40,424 nt of DNA from Catajapyx aquilonaris (GCA_000934665.2 JYFJ02003535.1:1-40424); one strand, 5' to 3'. Positions 21,901-35,075 are shown, counted from the stretch's first letter. The notes: generated by a model not told the origin, from the letters alone. A program made the numbers and translations.

Positions 21901-22995
21901 TTTATTGCTGAGGAAACCCTCAGAAGAGATGTGCAGAATCAGGCCACCACATGTGTTCTAGGATTTTTCCAAGGTTATACGGGTCCTTACCTGAAGCTTT
22001 ATTTGGATTTGCCATGTTGTTAATTTTTTTGTGTGTTATCAAATTGACTGACTTACTTATGTTGTTGTTCAAACGCTAACTTCATAGCCAGTTTTGTTTT
22101 TGTTTTTTTTTCTTTTCCCCTGTAAATGACCAGAATGTTTGACAAGTTCTGAACAAGGTATAAGATTTTGATACTTTTCTTTTAAACTTTTTAATCCTGA
22201 AGTAAGAATGGAAGAGTTAGCGTTACTATGGTTGGCCAACTGCTTAATTTAAACCAGTCGATTTTCATTTCTTAGTTTTTTTTCTTTTTTCCAATGAGGA
22301 CGGTAGGAATACTTCCATAAGTACAGGAAAGCAAGGAAGTAATTAATTTTGTTAAAGTGTGAATTTCTTTTTTTGTTGAAGGGACACTTTCCTTGATGTC
22401 AGTCTGGCGGAATATTTTGATTGCGCGGATGCCTTCATCTTGTCTGCTGTTGCTAGTTATTGGGGAGGGGGGAATTGTGCTGAAACCAATTCTGTTGGAA
22501 CGTGAGGTACAGTATGTTCCATTGCCAGGTCTGTATAGAGGTTTTGCGGTAGTGCTGGAGGAGTCATTGGCCATCCCTCCACGAGATGACTGGCAGCAGC
22601 ACATAAGGAATTTTATGCAACTCTGACAGCCTGGGGTTGCTTTTGTCTCTGAGAAAACATGGCATTCTCACACTCAAAAAGATATTTGCCAGATTGATTT
22701 AAGAACAACTTGTATGTTGAGTGTGGCATAAAGACAATCGTACTATAAGACTGAAGGCAATAAAGGATATTATTGGCTCAAAGCACATTTCACTTAACCC
22801 CACAATTATTAGTAGGCCTACTGCTTTAATGGGCATAAGCTTCTCAATTTATCAACAGGATTTTTCGACTGGGTTATACTGAAATGTTCAATGTGTAACA
22901 GTACAGAGAATTTTTTCCCTGGATGAAAGGGCATTGGTCTTATTCTTTTATTATCTGACATTAACATTCCAGTGTAACAGAAAATATGGGCAACT

Positions 22996-24745
22996 TTACT
23001 TATTGGAAAGAATCTGCGACTTTAAAACACTTTTCACTTCATTAATAACACGAGGATGTGAAAAGGCTTGGATGATCATGCGACAGAAATTGTTCTTATC
23101 ACAGTCAAGTTCTGCAGGTACTTCTTTGTAATTACTTGTACTTGGTAAATGCAACTTTTCTGGAATTGCACGTGTGTGATATTTTTCCCAGATTGTTTTA
23201 TATGGCACTGAGGCAAGGGGTAAAACATTCTTGTGAGTTCTGGCCACATCTTCCCATGACGTGGCGCCGCATTCCCTTTTCTGCCGTTTGGACTCAGGTT
23301 CTCCTCTGTCGTTCGGGGCATCCTGGAGTGTGTTCAGACAGGTCTTGACATATCCTTCAAGGACAGACGCTGGAATGTCTGGCAGGTCATTCTGAATTAT
23401 AAAGGGTACAGCCGTAACTACAAACCACCCATGAAACAACAAGCAGCGATTTAACTGAAGCACTCCCAGCGCCAGCCTTACCTCGGTGGGATTGAGCATG
23501 CTCTGAATGTCTCCTGGAATGACCCTGCTGAGGGAGCCAATTAACCACTTCACCAGAGCTTCACTCACACGAGCATCTTTGTCCTCGTCAAGCGGGACCC
23601 AGGTGTTGACGCTAATTGAGACTTCCAGGTGCTCCACGAAATGCCACCACTTGGGAGGAACGTACAGGACTTCCCCTGGCTCCAGATCCACCAGGACGCA
23701 CCTGCTGTTCATCAGGCCTGAACGTTACAATTAGTTGTCATACCTGCATGAAACACTTTGTAACATATACCTGCATCGCTTGGAAGGTGACATGTTGAAA
23801 ATCCTAAAGAACTATACACGCTTGATTCTTCATAGGGGATGCGGGTTGGACGCAACTGCTCAGATTCTTCTGGTGGAAAAAGCAACCATCGCTTCCTGGA
23901 ATACGAGATCTGTTAGGTTTATGACCAATCCCACAAATTTTTTCCCTACGTCTTGTAACATCCTCGGTGTAAAGTTCACCAACCTGCCAAGAAGTTGAGC
24001 CACAAGATTGCACCCATATTGATCGTAGTGACACGGAGTGTTGGCCCCTTTGCTTCCAATCCACATTGTTGAATTGCTGCCATCCAGCTCCGGAAAACCC
24101 AACGGACTCCAATCAACACTCTGAAAAGTTAAGAACTGTAGCGGATTTCTCAATGGTTAAGTAATCAAAAAGCTCTTACTTTCAGAAGACTGTCCTTCTC
24201 TTCAAACACCTTGTGCATGTACTTGTAATCAAAGTACGCCCAATTATCATCAGCGGACATGCCTGCAAACCTACTGGCTTTGTTCATGACAGCACCACCA
24301 GCCTGCCACGCCACGAAATCTGAGAATGTCAGATGTTCCTCGCTGCAACATCTCTCCCACTCAGGCGACTGAAAGTAATGAAACTTGAAGCTTTCGCCGA
24401 ATAATAACACATAATTGAGTGCAACCAAACGAGGATCGCAACTGTGTTTCTACGTATGGTAATCCAGTTTTGTTCTACAATCAGCAACTGCTGTGTGACA
24501 TAAACGGATCATGTCCTAGTTTTTAAAATGCATGTCCGTTGTAGTTATTATCATACCTTCCGACCCTGCATTCTTCCAACACGAAAGCACAATTTCTGGT
24601 CCTCAAATATTCTTGCCCAATCGTCCAATGCATAAGAAGCCAGAGCCCAGTCCTCGATAAGTCCACGGAAAACGGCTGGTTCACTATTACGCAGGACACC
24701 TTCACGCAGCAGCTGTGACAAAGGTCTGCCTGATTCTGCCATCAT
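22996..24745 (-). CDS. HSPBAP1: HSPB1-associated protein 1-like JmjC/cupin protein (about 423 aa; exons 24745-24557, 24368-24180, 24120-23984, 23895-23771, 23717-23482, 23391-22996)
   Basis: 1272 nt in frame with GT-AG sites; WAYFDYKY, STMWIGSKGANTPCHYDQYGCNLVAQ, GRKRWLLFPP, PTRIPYEESSVYS, PGEVLYVPPKWWHFVE and ARVSEAL match HSPBAP1; HxD...H metal triad intact; AATAAA on the minus strand at 22947-22952. Confidence 0.92.
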
Positions 24746-25269
24746 GTTCCGCTGTAAATTAATGATTTAAAACTTAAATTAATTAATAGTCAACCTGGTC
24801 AAACCATATTAATCCAATACACTACCAGTAATCCAGTTAGTATGTGCAGAACAAGTTCGTCCTATCTACAACCATTTCCCAGTGTACAATGCAATCAACT
24901 TATTCCTAATGGTGAGGGCAATTAATGTATAGCTCATTACACAATTGTAAATAAAAATTAGCATCAATTTTAAGCGATTTTAAGAAACAACCACATTTCC
25001 GCCATTCGCCGGATACAACTTGGCAACCCTGTGCGACTACCAACCGTATTTAAGTTTAATAGCATCTGTCATTATTTAAAAAAAATTAAATCCGGCTAAT
25101 TAATTGCAACGAGCACATTAGACAAAACCTCACTTTTAAAAACATTGATTAAAACCAGAGAGCCGGTCAGCACAGGTAGCAGGCAGCGGCGTTGCATGCC
25201 GTTGCGAAAAAGTCGGCATCGTTTTGTGCAAGTAAAGTACGCCGAGTTATTAAAAGTGCTTCTCTAAGT
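24746..25269. promoter_or_regulatory. Probable bidirectional promoter/5'UTR region shared by HSPBAP1 and DDX19 copy 3
   Basis: Divergent start codons (24745 and 25270) separated by only 524 bp. Confidence 0.6.
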
Positions 25270-27827
25270 ATGTCTGCATCTGTGGAGGACTGGGGTGCAT
25301 CGGCGGACGCGCAGGAGAAGAAGCTCACCGACCAGGTATAACAATGCAACAGCCACACTTAACAAAGAAAGTGTACGGTACTCCTCATAAGGTTCAAGTA
25401 CAGACCAATATTATTATTATTATTATTATTATTATTTGTAACAATTTTCAGGTTGGAAGTTTGGACCTGGACGGTGGGGCTGATGCTGCTGCGTCCGGTG
25501 GAGTCGATGAGAACGAGCATATTGATGTGGCGGAGCGATCGCTTCTCCAGAAGATCATCAGGAAAGGATTGGTCGAGAACAAGAATGACCTGGAGATCCA
25601 GAGGAAAAATCCAAACTCACCGCTGTATTCCGTCAAAACATTTGAAGCGCTCAATCTGTAAGTTGGAAGTTTAGACCAGTTGGTTTCAGTCACATTATTT
25701 TATTTAAATAAAATAAAATAAATTCTGCCATTAGGACACAGGGTTTAAAATAAAATAAAATAAGATAAATAATATACTCAATAAATAAATAAAATAAATA
25801 TAATGACTGAACAGATAAATAATGTAAATTAACATATAGCATGACTGGGTCCTTGTAGGGCCTTGGAGCATCTCGAGACTGGGTAAAGTTAGAGTTAATA
25901 AATAAATAAATAAATAAAATGAATATATTTTGTGCAGGCATGCAGACTTGCTCAAGGGTGTCAGTCTCATCATTTCTTTATTTTTTATTTTTAATCCTAC
26001 CATGCATGGTTTTAAATAAAATAAAATAAGTAAATAAATAAAAAAATAATAATGACTGAATAAATAAAATAAACAAATACAGTGTCTGAATAAATTTTAA
26101 AAATTAAAAAATAAAGTGTGTGAATAAATAAAATTAAGAAATAAAGTGTCTGAATAAATAAAATAAATAAACAAATAAAATAGCTGAAATAAATTAAATT
26201 AATGTATTTTTCCAGGCCTGCTGACTTGCTCAAGGGTGTCTATGGCATGGGATTCAATGCACCTTCCAAGATTCAGGAGACGGCTCTTCCTACCTTGATT
26301 GCAGATCCGTAAGGCATTCTTTGAGCACTTCTGGTTATTTAATATGAAGAGTAATATATTATAATTAACTGTTTCAGCCCACAGAATATGATTGCACAGT
26401 CTCAGTCTGGAACTGGAAAGACTGCTGCTTTTGTATTGGCGATGCTGAGCCGTGTGGATGGTACAAAGAAATACCCACAGGTAAGCAGGAAGATTCTTGC
26501 ATCCGGAATATGCTTATGATTTGCAATTTTCAGGCCCTGTGCTTGTCCCCAACATATGAACTGGCTGTCCAAACTTCAGAAGTTACTGTCAAGATGGCTC
26601 AGTTTTGTCCGGATATACGGATCAGATTAGCTGTTAGAGGACAGGAAGGTATGTAGCGTACTTGTTCCATACCATGTTACAGTTGAATAATGCGTGTCAA
26701 TTTTTTTTTTTAAATATTTCAAGTGGGTATTGGTGAAAAGATTGAGGAGCAAATTGTGATTGGTACTCCTGGGAAAGTGCTGGACTGGTCTTTGAAGTTT
26801 AAATCCCTGGACCTGAAGCGACTCAGTGTATTTGTTTTGGATGAAGCCGATGTCATGATTGCAACACAGGGACACCAGGATCAAAGCATCCGTATCCACA
26901 GGTCAGTGAACGTGGCTCCCATGTAAGAGTAACGTAAGGATGGCAGTTAATACTCCTCTATTCCCACCACAGGATGATTCCCAAGACATGCCAGATGATG
27001 CTCTTCTCGGCAACATATGATCAGGAAGTGATGGATTTTGCAGAGGCCATAATATCGAACCCATTGGTCCTCCGTCTAAAGCGAGAGGAAGAGTCGCTCT
27101 CCAACATCAAGCAGCTCTATGTGTATTGCCGTACACCAGAGAGCAAGTACAGAGCGATAGGTAACATTTATGGAGTAGCCACCATTGGACAGGCCATGAT
27201 ATTCTGCCACACACGAAAAACGGTAACCTGGCTTGCCTCCAAGCTTGCTGAAGACTCCCATGCAGTAGCCGTGCTCAGTGGAGAGCTGAGCATTGAGCAG
27301 AGGGTGGCTGTGCTGGAGCGCTTCAGGGAAGGAAAGGAGAAGGTGCTCATAACCACCAACGTCCTCTCCAGAGGTATAACCATTTGAAACATTCATAAAC
27401 GAGTTACATGCTGTTTTGATTCTGTCATGTGCCATTACAAACTATAAAGCAGCCTACTTTACGTATTTTGTCTTTTTTGTGGACAGGAATTGATGTGGAG
27501 CAGGTAACGCTGGTTGTAAATTTCGACCTACCAGTGGATCAGAGTGGCAGAGCAGACTGTGAGACGTACCTGCATCGCATAGGACGAACTGGAAGGTTCG
27601 GAAAGGCAGGGTTAGCCATAAACCTTGTTGATGGGAGCAAATCAATGAATATCATGAAGCAGATTGAGGACCACTTCGGTTAGTTATTGCTTTTATTTTG
27701 GGACGTCTGTAACAATGGCGTCATGTGCTAAATTAATCCTTCCTTCTCTTTCTCCACAGGTCGGAAAATTGTCAAGCTCGATACTGATAATATTGATGAA
27801 CTGGAAAAACTCTTTCAAGATTACTGA
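25270..27827 (+). CDS. DDX19: DDX19/Dbp5 DEAD-box RNA helicase, tandem copy 3, ancestral-like (473 aa; exons 25270-25335, 25452-25657, 26216-26308, 26378-26480, 26534-26648, 26724-26901, 26973-27373, 27487-27678, 27760-27827)
   Basis: 1422 nt in frame; N-terminus [18 protein letters not shown] resembles the usual animal DDX19 start; [57 protein letters not shown] at 27825-27827. Confidence 0.95.
25705..26200. repeat. (AAAT)n-rich low-complexity, internally duplicated intron segment
   Basis: Degenerate aaat/aaaat arrays; blocks at about 25742 and 26008 start similarly and both end in an exon-3-like acceptor. Confidence 0.85.
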
Positions 27828-29282
27828 AAATGTGCGGGCATATTCTTGTGATTTCGTGGACTGGACATGTAGATGTAAGCTGTTACAAAAGAGCAAATGT
27901 GCCAGGTTTTTAATATATCCCCCACTTTTACTGTGTAATGAAATCATTGTGACCCATTTTGATTTACATACAATACTGCCGAATTTTATCATGCATTCAG
28001 GTGTTGCAGTGCTTGACTTGATAATTCATTTTGGCATTGTTTGCCAACTGACTTCTGTTGTTTTTTCAGCACCAGTTATTTTTTTATCAAAGAGAGTGAA
28101 TTTTTAATTTGTGAAGTTCCAATGAGCAATCGAATGGTATGTTTTAGGTACCTCCAGTTTATTTAATCACCAAGGTTAATTGGTGTTATGCTTGGACAAC
28201 AAGAAAAAATAAATAAATGATACTTTTAATACTATCACTAGAAAAACCCTCGCTACTCTCGCATTTTTCTATGGCACAGGCGTAGAAAACCACCCGCTTC
28301 ACTCGCTTTTTTCTAGGCGTACGGCCTTCAGTGCCTACCATATTTTTAATCGCTTCGGATTTATAGCCAATGATGATGCCCATCCCCCAATCATATGCAT
28401 ACGCGTACAGCCCCACCCGTTCCTCCGTGCATTCACATATCCGTGATTCCGTACTCTGCGGCCCATCTGCAATCCCACCTTTGCTTTGCATTGGCTGGGA
28501 AATATGCATTTTCCCACCTCAACATACCAATACCTTTTGAAATTTAAAAAACCCCAATTATGGTATGAACAGAAATTCACAACCCCTATCTCTTCTACTC
28601 GCATGCTTTCTCACACGTGTGTGTAAATAATTATATGCACACTTTCTTTGTTTATGACGTTCCAATTCGACCAATGCTCCTCTCCTCCTCCCCTGTTGTG
28701 AGGTCACCGTGAAGATGTGGCTGGAGGATGGTGAAAGGGTAGAGGGGTCTTCACGGGAGAGGAGATGACTGTGTCCTCGTTGACGTCCAGCAGGCAACTG
28801 TGACGTTCTTCCACCCATTGCGCATGCTTGGAAAGGGGGCTGCTTATAAAATTTACTCCATATTGCGCAATACCATGAGGAAAAAAAATCTCAAAAATCT
28901 GGAAATGACTGAAAATGAGGCCTTTTTGGTAGAATTTTTTTCTGTTAGTGGAAGTGATCAGAATCCAATGAACATAGGCTATACATCAAAAGAAAGAAAC
29001 ACCAGGAGAATGCGTCGCTGGAATTAGTTTTCCTTTAAAATGCAAAAATAATTTTTATAGCATTTCATTGGTCACTTGCTCAGTCACATGCCCAATAATA
29101 ATGTTGTGACCTATACAATTAGGGATGTGTTTGCGTTACATCAGTCATATTTGGTGACACTTGTTGTGACTTTCACAAGTTTTTTTACAATTATTTTCAC
29201 AAGTTTTAATTTAGTTCATATTTTGGGTTAGCTTGCTCTCCCTCCATCGCTGACTACCCCTTATAGGGAAATGTCGTGATGG

Positions 29283-29312
<30 letters not shown>
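29283..29312. repeat. (TGA)n microsatellite
   Basis: Direct reading. Confidence 0.9.
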
Positions 29313-29314
<2 letters not shown>

Positions 29315-32300
29315 ATCACAACCAGTCTATCTTCGAAATTATCGAAAAATTAGTTAGCAACGGAATTGTATAGTCCAGGCTAAATACCATCGTTCCACAT
29401 AAGTGCAATTTTAATATTGTCTCCATATTTATCATTTAAAATAAATTCGAAATTTGTATGGACGTAGCAAATCACCCAGTGTCTGAACCTGCCTTTAGTA
29501 ACTACTGAAAACTAATTGATTGAAAATAAACCAATGTGTAATGAAGACGACTTGCTTTGGATGATAAATAATGGCTTTTCATTACTCTCATAACTATACT
29601 TTCACTATGCGTCTATGCGTCACTTATGCTATTAACATTTACGTTTTGTAGAGCTTTTAGTATATTGACCTGCATTATCAGCCTGGCTTGAACAAAGTAT
29701 AGGAAATCTTCCTTGGCAGTTTCACAACCAGGGTACCATAATGGCTGTCGTATTAATATTAATATAGTGCAGGGCATATAATAACTAAATCATTATACCT
29801 TTACAGATGAACAACGTCAAATGCGCATGTTATTAAGAGTATTGCAGGTATTTTTAGGGCTTATATCGTGATAGGAAGCCCACTATGAGTTTTTTAAGCC
29901 TTTATTAGCGGCTTTGACCTCGGCTGGGCAGGTGTGTTGGGGATAGGGAAAGGTGCCAGTGCAAATCCGGGTTCTTTGCAAACGCCCCGGCATTTGACCA
30001 TCGAGATAAGCATATCCGGAGTGGGGTGGGGTGGGTTGACCCCCCCCCCCCNCCCCCCCATCCAATCCAGCCCTGCTTATGTAGCTCTCCCTCTTTTCAT
30101 CTTGATCTTCAAAGAAGGCGGACGTACGTGCTAGGTCTACCAGACAACATACTGCAATACGAGTACAGGTACGTGGACACCATTTAGATGGGGGTTATAC
30201 CTGCGAAGGCTGTGTCCTACAAAGGCACAGGTTCATTCATTTATGTAGCCACGAAAATGTCCAAAGTTATAGCTACAGGCACACAACTTATTTAGGCTAA
30301 TCATTTTTTTTAGTGCAAAGCAATATTTTAATTAGCTCCGTTTGCAGGGGATAATGAGGCACCAGCGATGCAGTACTTCGTGGACCGAAGATTGATGTCT
30401 CGTCCTCCGTCAAGTGGGGTCAAGTTGGACATCGGGTTAAGCCACGCACACCTTAGCACTAATAGACAGCTGCCTCATGCCTGGAATGCAAGAATGGTGA
30501 GTACAGCAGCGATTAAAAATCCGTCATTTATTACAGGTTTACCTCACGCAGCAATTAAGTGTCGGTTGTACCAGGTCAGATTATATCGGATTCGTGCCTA
30601 CTCTAATCTGTATTTGGCACGAAAACCATTGCCCTAAACTGTCAAATAATTTGGTCAGGCAAGAATCTGAGTTAACCGACATGGTGCAGCAAGAACAGTA
30701 AGGAAAAAACGCAATTGCAATGGCCAGTAAAACCAATACCAATTGTTGGCGACTTGCTCTATTAGAAATACTGGATTAATTTGTGTAATAAAATGGGGCT
30801 GGACGAATGACACTTGACCTTGGCTCATTGAAATGCAGGGACGCCATTGAACTGAATTCATAACTCCATCTTGGTCTGTTAAATGCCACAAAATGGAATT
30901 AAAGTGGTTCATGTGAAGATGTTTAAAAAAGTGCAATCGTGACTGTACCGAATGAGATGACTTCCTAGTTCCTAGCACCCATCAGTCAAATTGACTCAAT
31001 CATGCCTAGTCCCCACAATGTAATGGGAATTAAAAGAAAGAAAATTGCGATTAAATTGCCAAATTTGCTTTGACCTTGTGCTACCCCAGAGGCACTAAGT
31101 ACGCCATTTTACGCCAGATCACCGACATAATTATATAATGGCGGTGGTTGGTAAATTTGCATTGTTACCTGGCGTTAGCTACATGTTGGTACAGATTTTG
31201 ATGAGCGGAATAATTGTTGGCCGTTTAGAAAATCAGTATTATATTGCCATATTTTACAAAAATTTAATTTCCTTCAAAATGCCTGCTTGTAAACAGCAAT
31301 ATTTCATAATATGTAATGCAATAATGCCCGTTTCTTGGATCCATTCAAATTTTGAACACCAGGAATTGTAATGGTACCTTTTTATATATGACTAATTGTC
31401 CGTGTCGGGGACATTATACTGTTGAATTGATTGTTGGCTGATGGGCTGAGTTGAACATTAGACAGTTGTGCTGTCTTCCGCAGACATACATAATAATTAC
31501 GAAATTTTGAGATAATTGTTATATCAAAATTTGCACACGAGTAATTGTGGTTTGACATGCGTTATTTTACAAAATGCTTTTTTTCATGCAGGTGCAGCCT
31601 TGAGATTATTGTCTGACAGGTCTACATTACCATATGCTGCTGCCACCTTCACATCCCTAAGCATCACCTGAGGCATCCTCTACAATGACTACATGATCAT
31701 TGGTCTTCGCAGCATCCAACATCTCAATGGTCTTCTGCCACAACCATTATTATCTGGTGAGCATTTCTCTTGATTATTTTGCACTGCATAAGCCATGCTG
31801 GTGACATTAAACATAGCAGCTGATTCTGAACTTGAGTGAGGGCAACAAGGGATGATGGGTTTCATAAATTCTCGACTGTTCATAAAACGAAGCATTGAAG
31901 TCACCAGCCTTGGGGTAGTTCTGCTGTTGACGTAATTGTTGGCAGTCATGCTGTGTATGTAACGTCATCAGCAGTAATAGTGGCCTGCTTCTGGTGGACT
32001 CATTTTTATACATGTAATGAGCTTATAACGTAATAGTTCAAAAATATGGCGAATATTTTGCAATTTAACCAAATACAAAATTGTCTTTGACGACCAACTC
32101 GATAAACAATATTACATGAAGGTGCAGTCTATCTTTGCTCGAGTGCTGTAAATAGCAAATAATTTGCATTTTTCCTGGAAATTTGGAGGTGTGGAATATC
32201 CCCCTTAGTTGATACGAAATTGTACTTTTTTACTGCTAAGAGACCCTGAACCCATTCCATAGTTTATTAGTAACTTGTTGCCTGACTTTTTGATGTCATA

Positions 32301-33070
32301 CAATCCGCCCTTTGCAGAAGCTTCCTCAAACATCTGTGTTACTCTGGAGACGTGACTGATGCTGCGATGGACAACTCATTTGGCTGAGACACTCCCAACA
32401 ACCGACATGGTATTCTCATTTCATCGCAATTATGGTTCTTCGAGTGACTTGAGATGCCAACTCTGCCGCACTTATTGGTGAGTCCTATTTTGTTTTCATT
32501 TATTGGTGCCTCGTCGTGTCTTGATGAGAAATGGGATAATCCTCGTACAGTTTGAGTTGAAGAATCGAAATGTGAAGGCAACTTAGGAGAAAGTGTAGAC
32601 GTGACATGTATGTCAGGTTCATTTAAACATAGGCCTGAAATCTGATTAGTGTTAGAAGGTGGCTGCATCAATTATGAATCACTGCTGAAAACTCGCCCTA
32701 GACAATCAGAGCACTGGTATGAAGCTTGTCTAGTGGGCTGCAGAGACATTTGACTATAATTTCAGTGCAAAATAGTGCATTAATATTTGAGACCATTAGC
32801 TCTTGTTGAGACCCAGTCCAAGGGCACATGTGATCAAGGTTTGTAGACCTCAATGTGAATTGCTGTGGTGGTTCCGAATAATTAACTTGTGCATTAAAAT
32901 GAATGGAAGTGTAGTTATATCAACAGGTGCTTAAAATTGAAATCAAATAAGGTCGGTTGAAATGGGATATTCAGTTTGAGGGTTGCTCTCGTCAAATTGA
33001 CATTTGACAATCAAAAGTTCATTCTTCTTATGCTTTGACAAGCCACCTGTAATTTGTACAAGTGTGTATA

Positions 33071-34327
33071 CCACCCCTGAAAAATGTCCTGGCAGTGCTC
33101 ATTTGGAAAAAAAAGTTGCACTGGAAATGTACGTAGGCCTAAATCTGGCAGATGGAAACTATGAGTTGAGTAGCATTTTACCTATTAAGTGGTATCGCCT
33201 TCTCACAATGTGGTGGTGCTTGTTGTGTGTTCATTGCAAAGCCTACTTAGACACTTGATTGAAACTGAGGAAATGGTTACTTGGCATGATAACGAGCATC
33301 GTGACATTTATGGTTTTGATTTACTCCATGGCTTAATTTCGCGATGAATATATGCATTTGTCTTTCAGTTAAGTCTTCCCTTCAATGGCATTTTTCTCGT
33401 AACTACACTAATATGATTATTATTTAGCAGTGTCTTTTTAGTGCAGTTTAGTGGCTATTTAAGTCGCTTCCCAATATAATCAGGGCACCACTGTACTTTC
33501 CCAATGCAAATGAAGTTCACATAGGATGTAAATCACCTGTATGCTCATCTGACAAATATGAATTAGTAGGTGAATCATGTTTTAATAACACCTTGTGGCC
33601 CCAACATCTCCCATATGCCTCATTAGAATATAAGTTGTATGATAACATTTATTGTTAGAATTAAAGTATAGATAGTAGACTAGATAACATTAGAATATAG
33701 GTTTATGATTATAGTATTAGAATTAAGTACAGTTAGTAGACTATATAGATAACATTAGATTATAAGTGGTATAATATATTGTAACATTTGTTATAATGTA
33801 ATTTATATTATGAGGCATACGGAAGAGATGTTGGGGCATACAAGCGTGTTATTAAAACATGATTCACATTTGTGACATGACATGCAGGTGATTTTCGGAC
33901 TAAGTGAACTTGACTGGCATTGGGCAAGTACAGTGGTGTCCTGATTATATTGGGAAGACAGAATAGCCACTCAAGATACTGCTAAATAATTCGCCGATTA
34001 GTTATGAGAAATTCCATTGAAGGTAAGACTTGACTAAAGACTAATGCACAGTAAGTGCATTTTCATCGCGAAATTGAGCCTTATTGGAGTAAAACGTAAC
34101 CACAATGACCTTGTCATCGCTCGTTACCTTGTAAAGTTTGCAGGTTCAATCAAGTGCCGTATGCTTCGCAGTGAATACCCAAGTGACATCATATTTTGCG
34201 AGAAGGCTACCACTTAATAGGTAAAATGCTACTCAGACTCATGGTTTCCATCTGTCAGATTTAATGGTTTCAAAGCAGTTAAAAAAAAAATACAAATGAG
34301 CACTGCCAGGCCATTTTCCAGGGGTGG
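33071..34327. mobile_element. Foldback-like element with inverted arms of roughly 550 bp
   Basis: TA|ccacccctgaaaaatgtcctggcagtgctcatttg ... caaatgagcactgccaggccattttccaggggtgg|TA; inverted similarity traceable from 33071-33635 to 33800-34327; AT-rich spacer with short direct repeats. Confidence 0.85.
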
Positions 34328-34784
34328 TAAAGCAGGACACTCGACTGCCATTGGGCAAGTATAGTGGGATGTGGCCTAGAAGAAAGGTGTAAATTCTTGC
34401 CTGACATGTACTAAAATGTAATGCTGGATAATAGGCTTCGTTGTTAAAATTAATGTGGAAGAGGAGTCATGTCATTATTTACAATGCACTGTCCAAATCT
34501 GCAGTACCAACAGTGAAGCTCGTAGTCACTCTCTTCAGAGAATTGAATGGAATTAAGGCGACTCGCATGTTGTGCCAGTCATGATAATTTATTGTTGATC
34601 ACCCATATAGCTGTTTGTGATATCAGTGTCTCACAGTAGGGTTATGCATAGTGTGGGCTCATATTGGTCGTTTGTAACTTTTCTAATTGCTTTTGTACTG
34701 TCATATGTTGATCAAGTGACTACTCCTGCATCACTGACCACCACGGTTTTTGATAATGTGCATCTGTTTATGCATGCTGCATTA

Positions 34785-35075
34785 CCCTCAAGTGCCAAAA
34801 GTCATGGGATAGGTATCCTCTAGCCTTGTGAAGTGCAGAAACTCTATGTGGCATTGATTCCATACGTTGAGCCTTGCCATCTGGATATCCATCTGCAGCT
34901 TCTTGGATTATTGAAGGTGCATGATTTTGGACCTCTTCACGACGTCTCATAAATGCTGGATAGGATTCAGTCTGGCCACGACATCATTCTTCATAACTCT
35001 GCTTGAACCAATTCTGGACCTGCTAATGCTGACTGCATTAGCCTGCTGGAATTTCACATCGTCATAAAGCAGTGC
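34785..35075 (-). pseudogene. Degenerate Tc1-family transposase 3' end plus terminal repeat
   Basis: Minus-strand fragments FQQANA (cf. FQQDNA), WP..LNPIQHL*DVVKR (cf. SPDLNPIEHLW) and ESMPHRVSALHKARG (cf. ESMPRRVxAVIKAKG), broken by stops and frameshifts; ends in a TIR-like ccctcaagtgccaaaagtcatgggata next to TA (34783-34784). Confidence 0.75.

Noticed and set aside
4354..27827. DDX19 copies as haplotype or assembly duplicates, or pseudogenes
   Set aside because: Introns are largely unalignable, exons differ at many silent sites, and all three splice into intact frames.
28231..29050. CACTA-type transposon starting cactagaaaaa
   Set aside because: No matching right terminal repeat or transposase found; region looks repeat-derived but cannot be delimited.
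30020..30075. G-quadruplex or regulatory G/C tract
   Set aside because: Homopolymer with an ambiguous base, typical of MITE ends; no other support.
31689..32671. Minus-strand protein-coding gene (110-aa and 86-aa ORFs)
   Set aside because: No recognisable domain, and the ORFs could not be joined into a consistent spliced frame; possible but unsupported.
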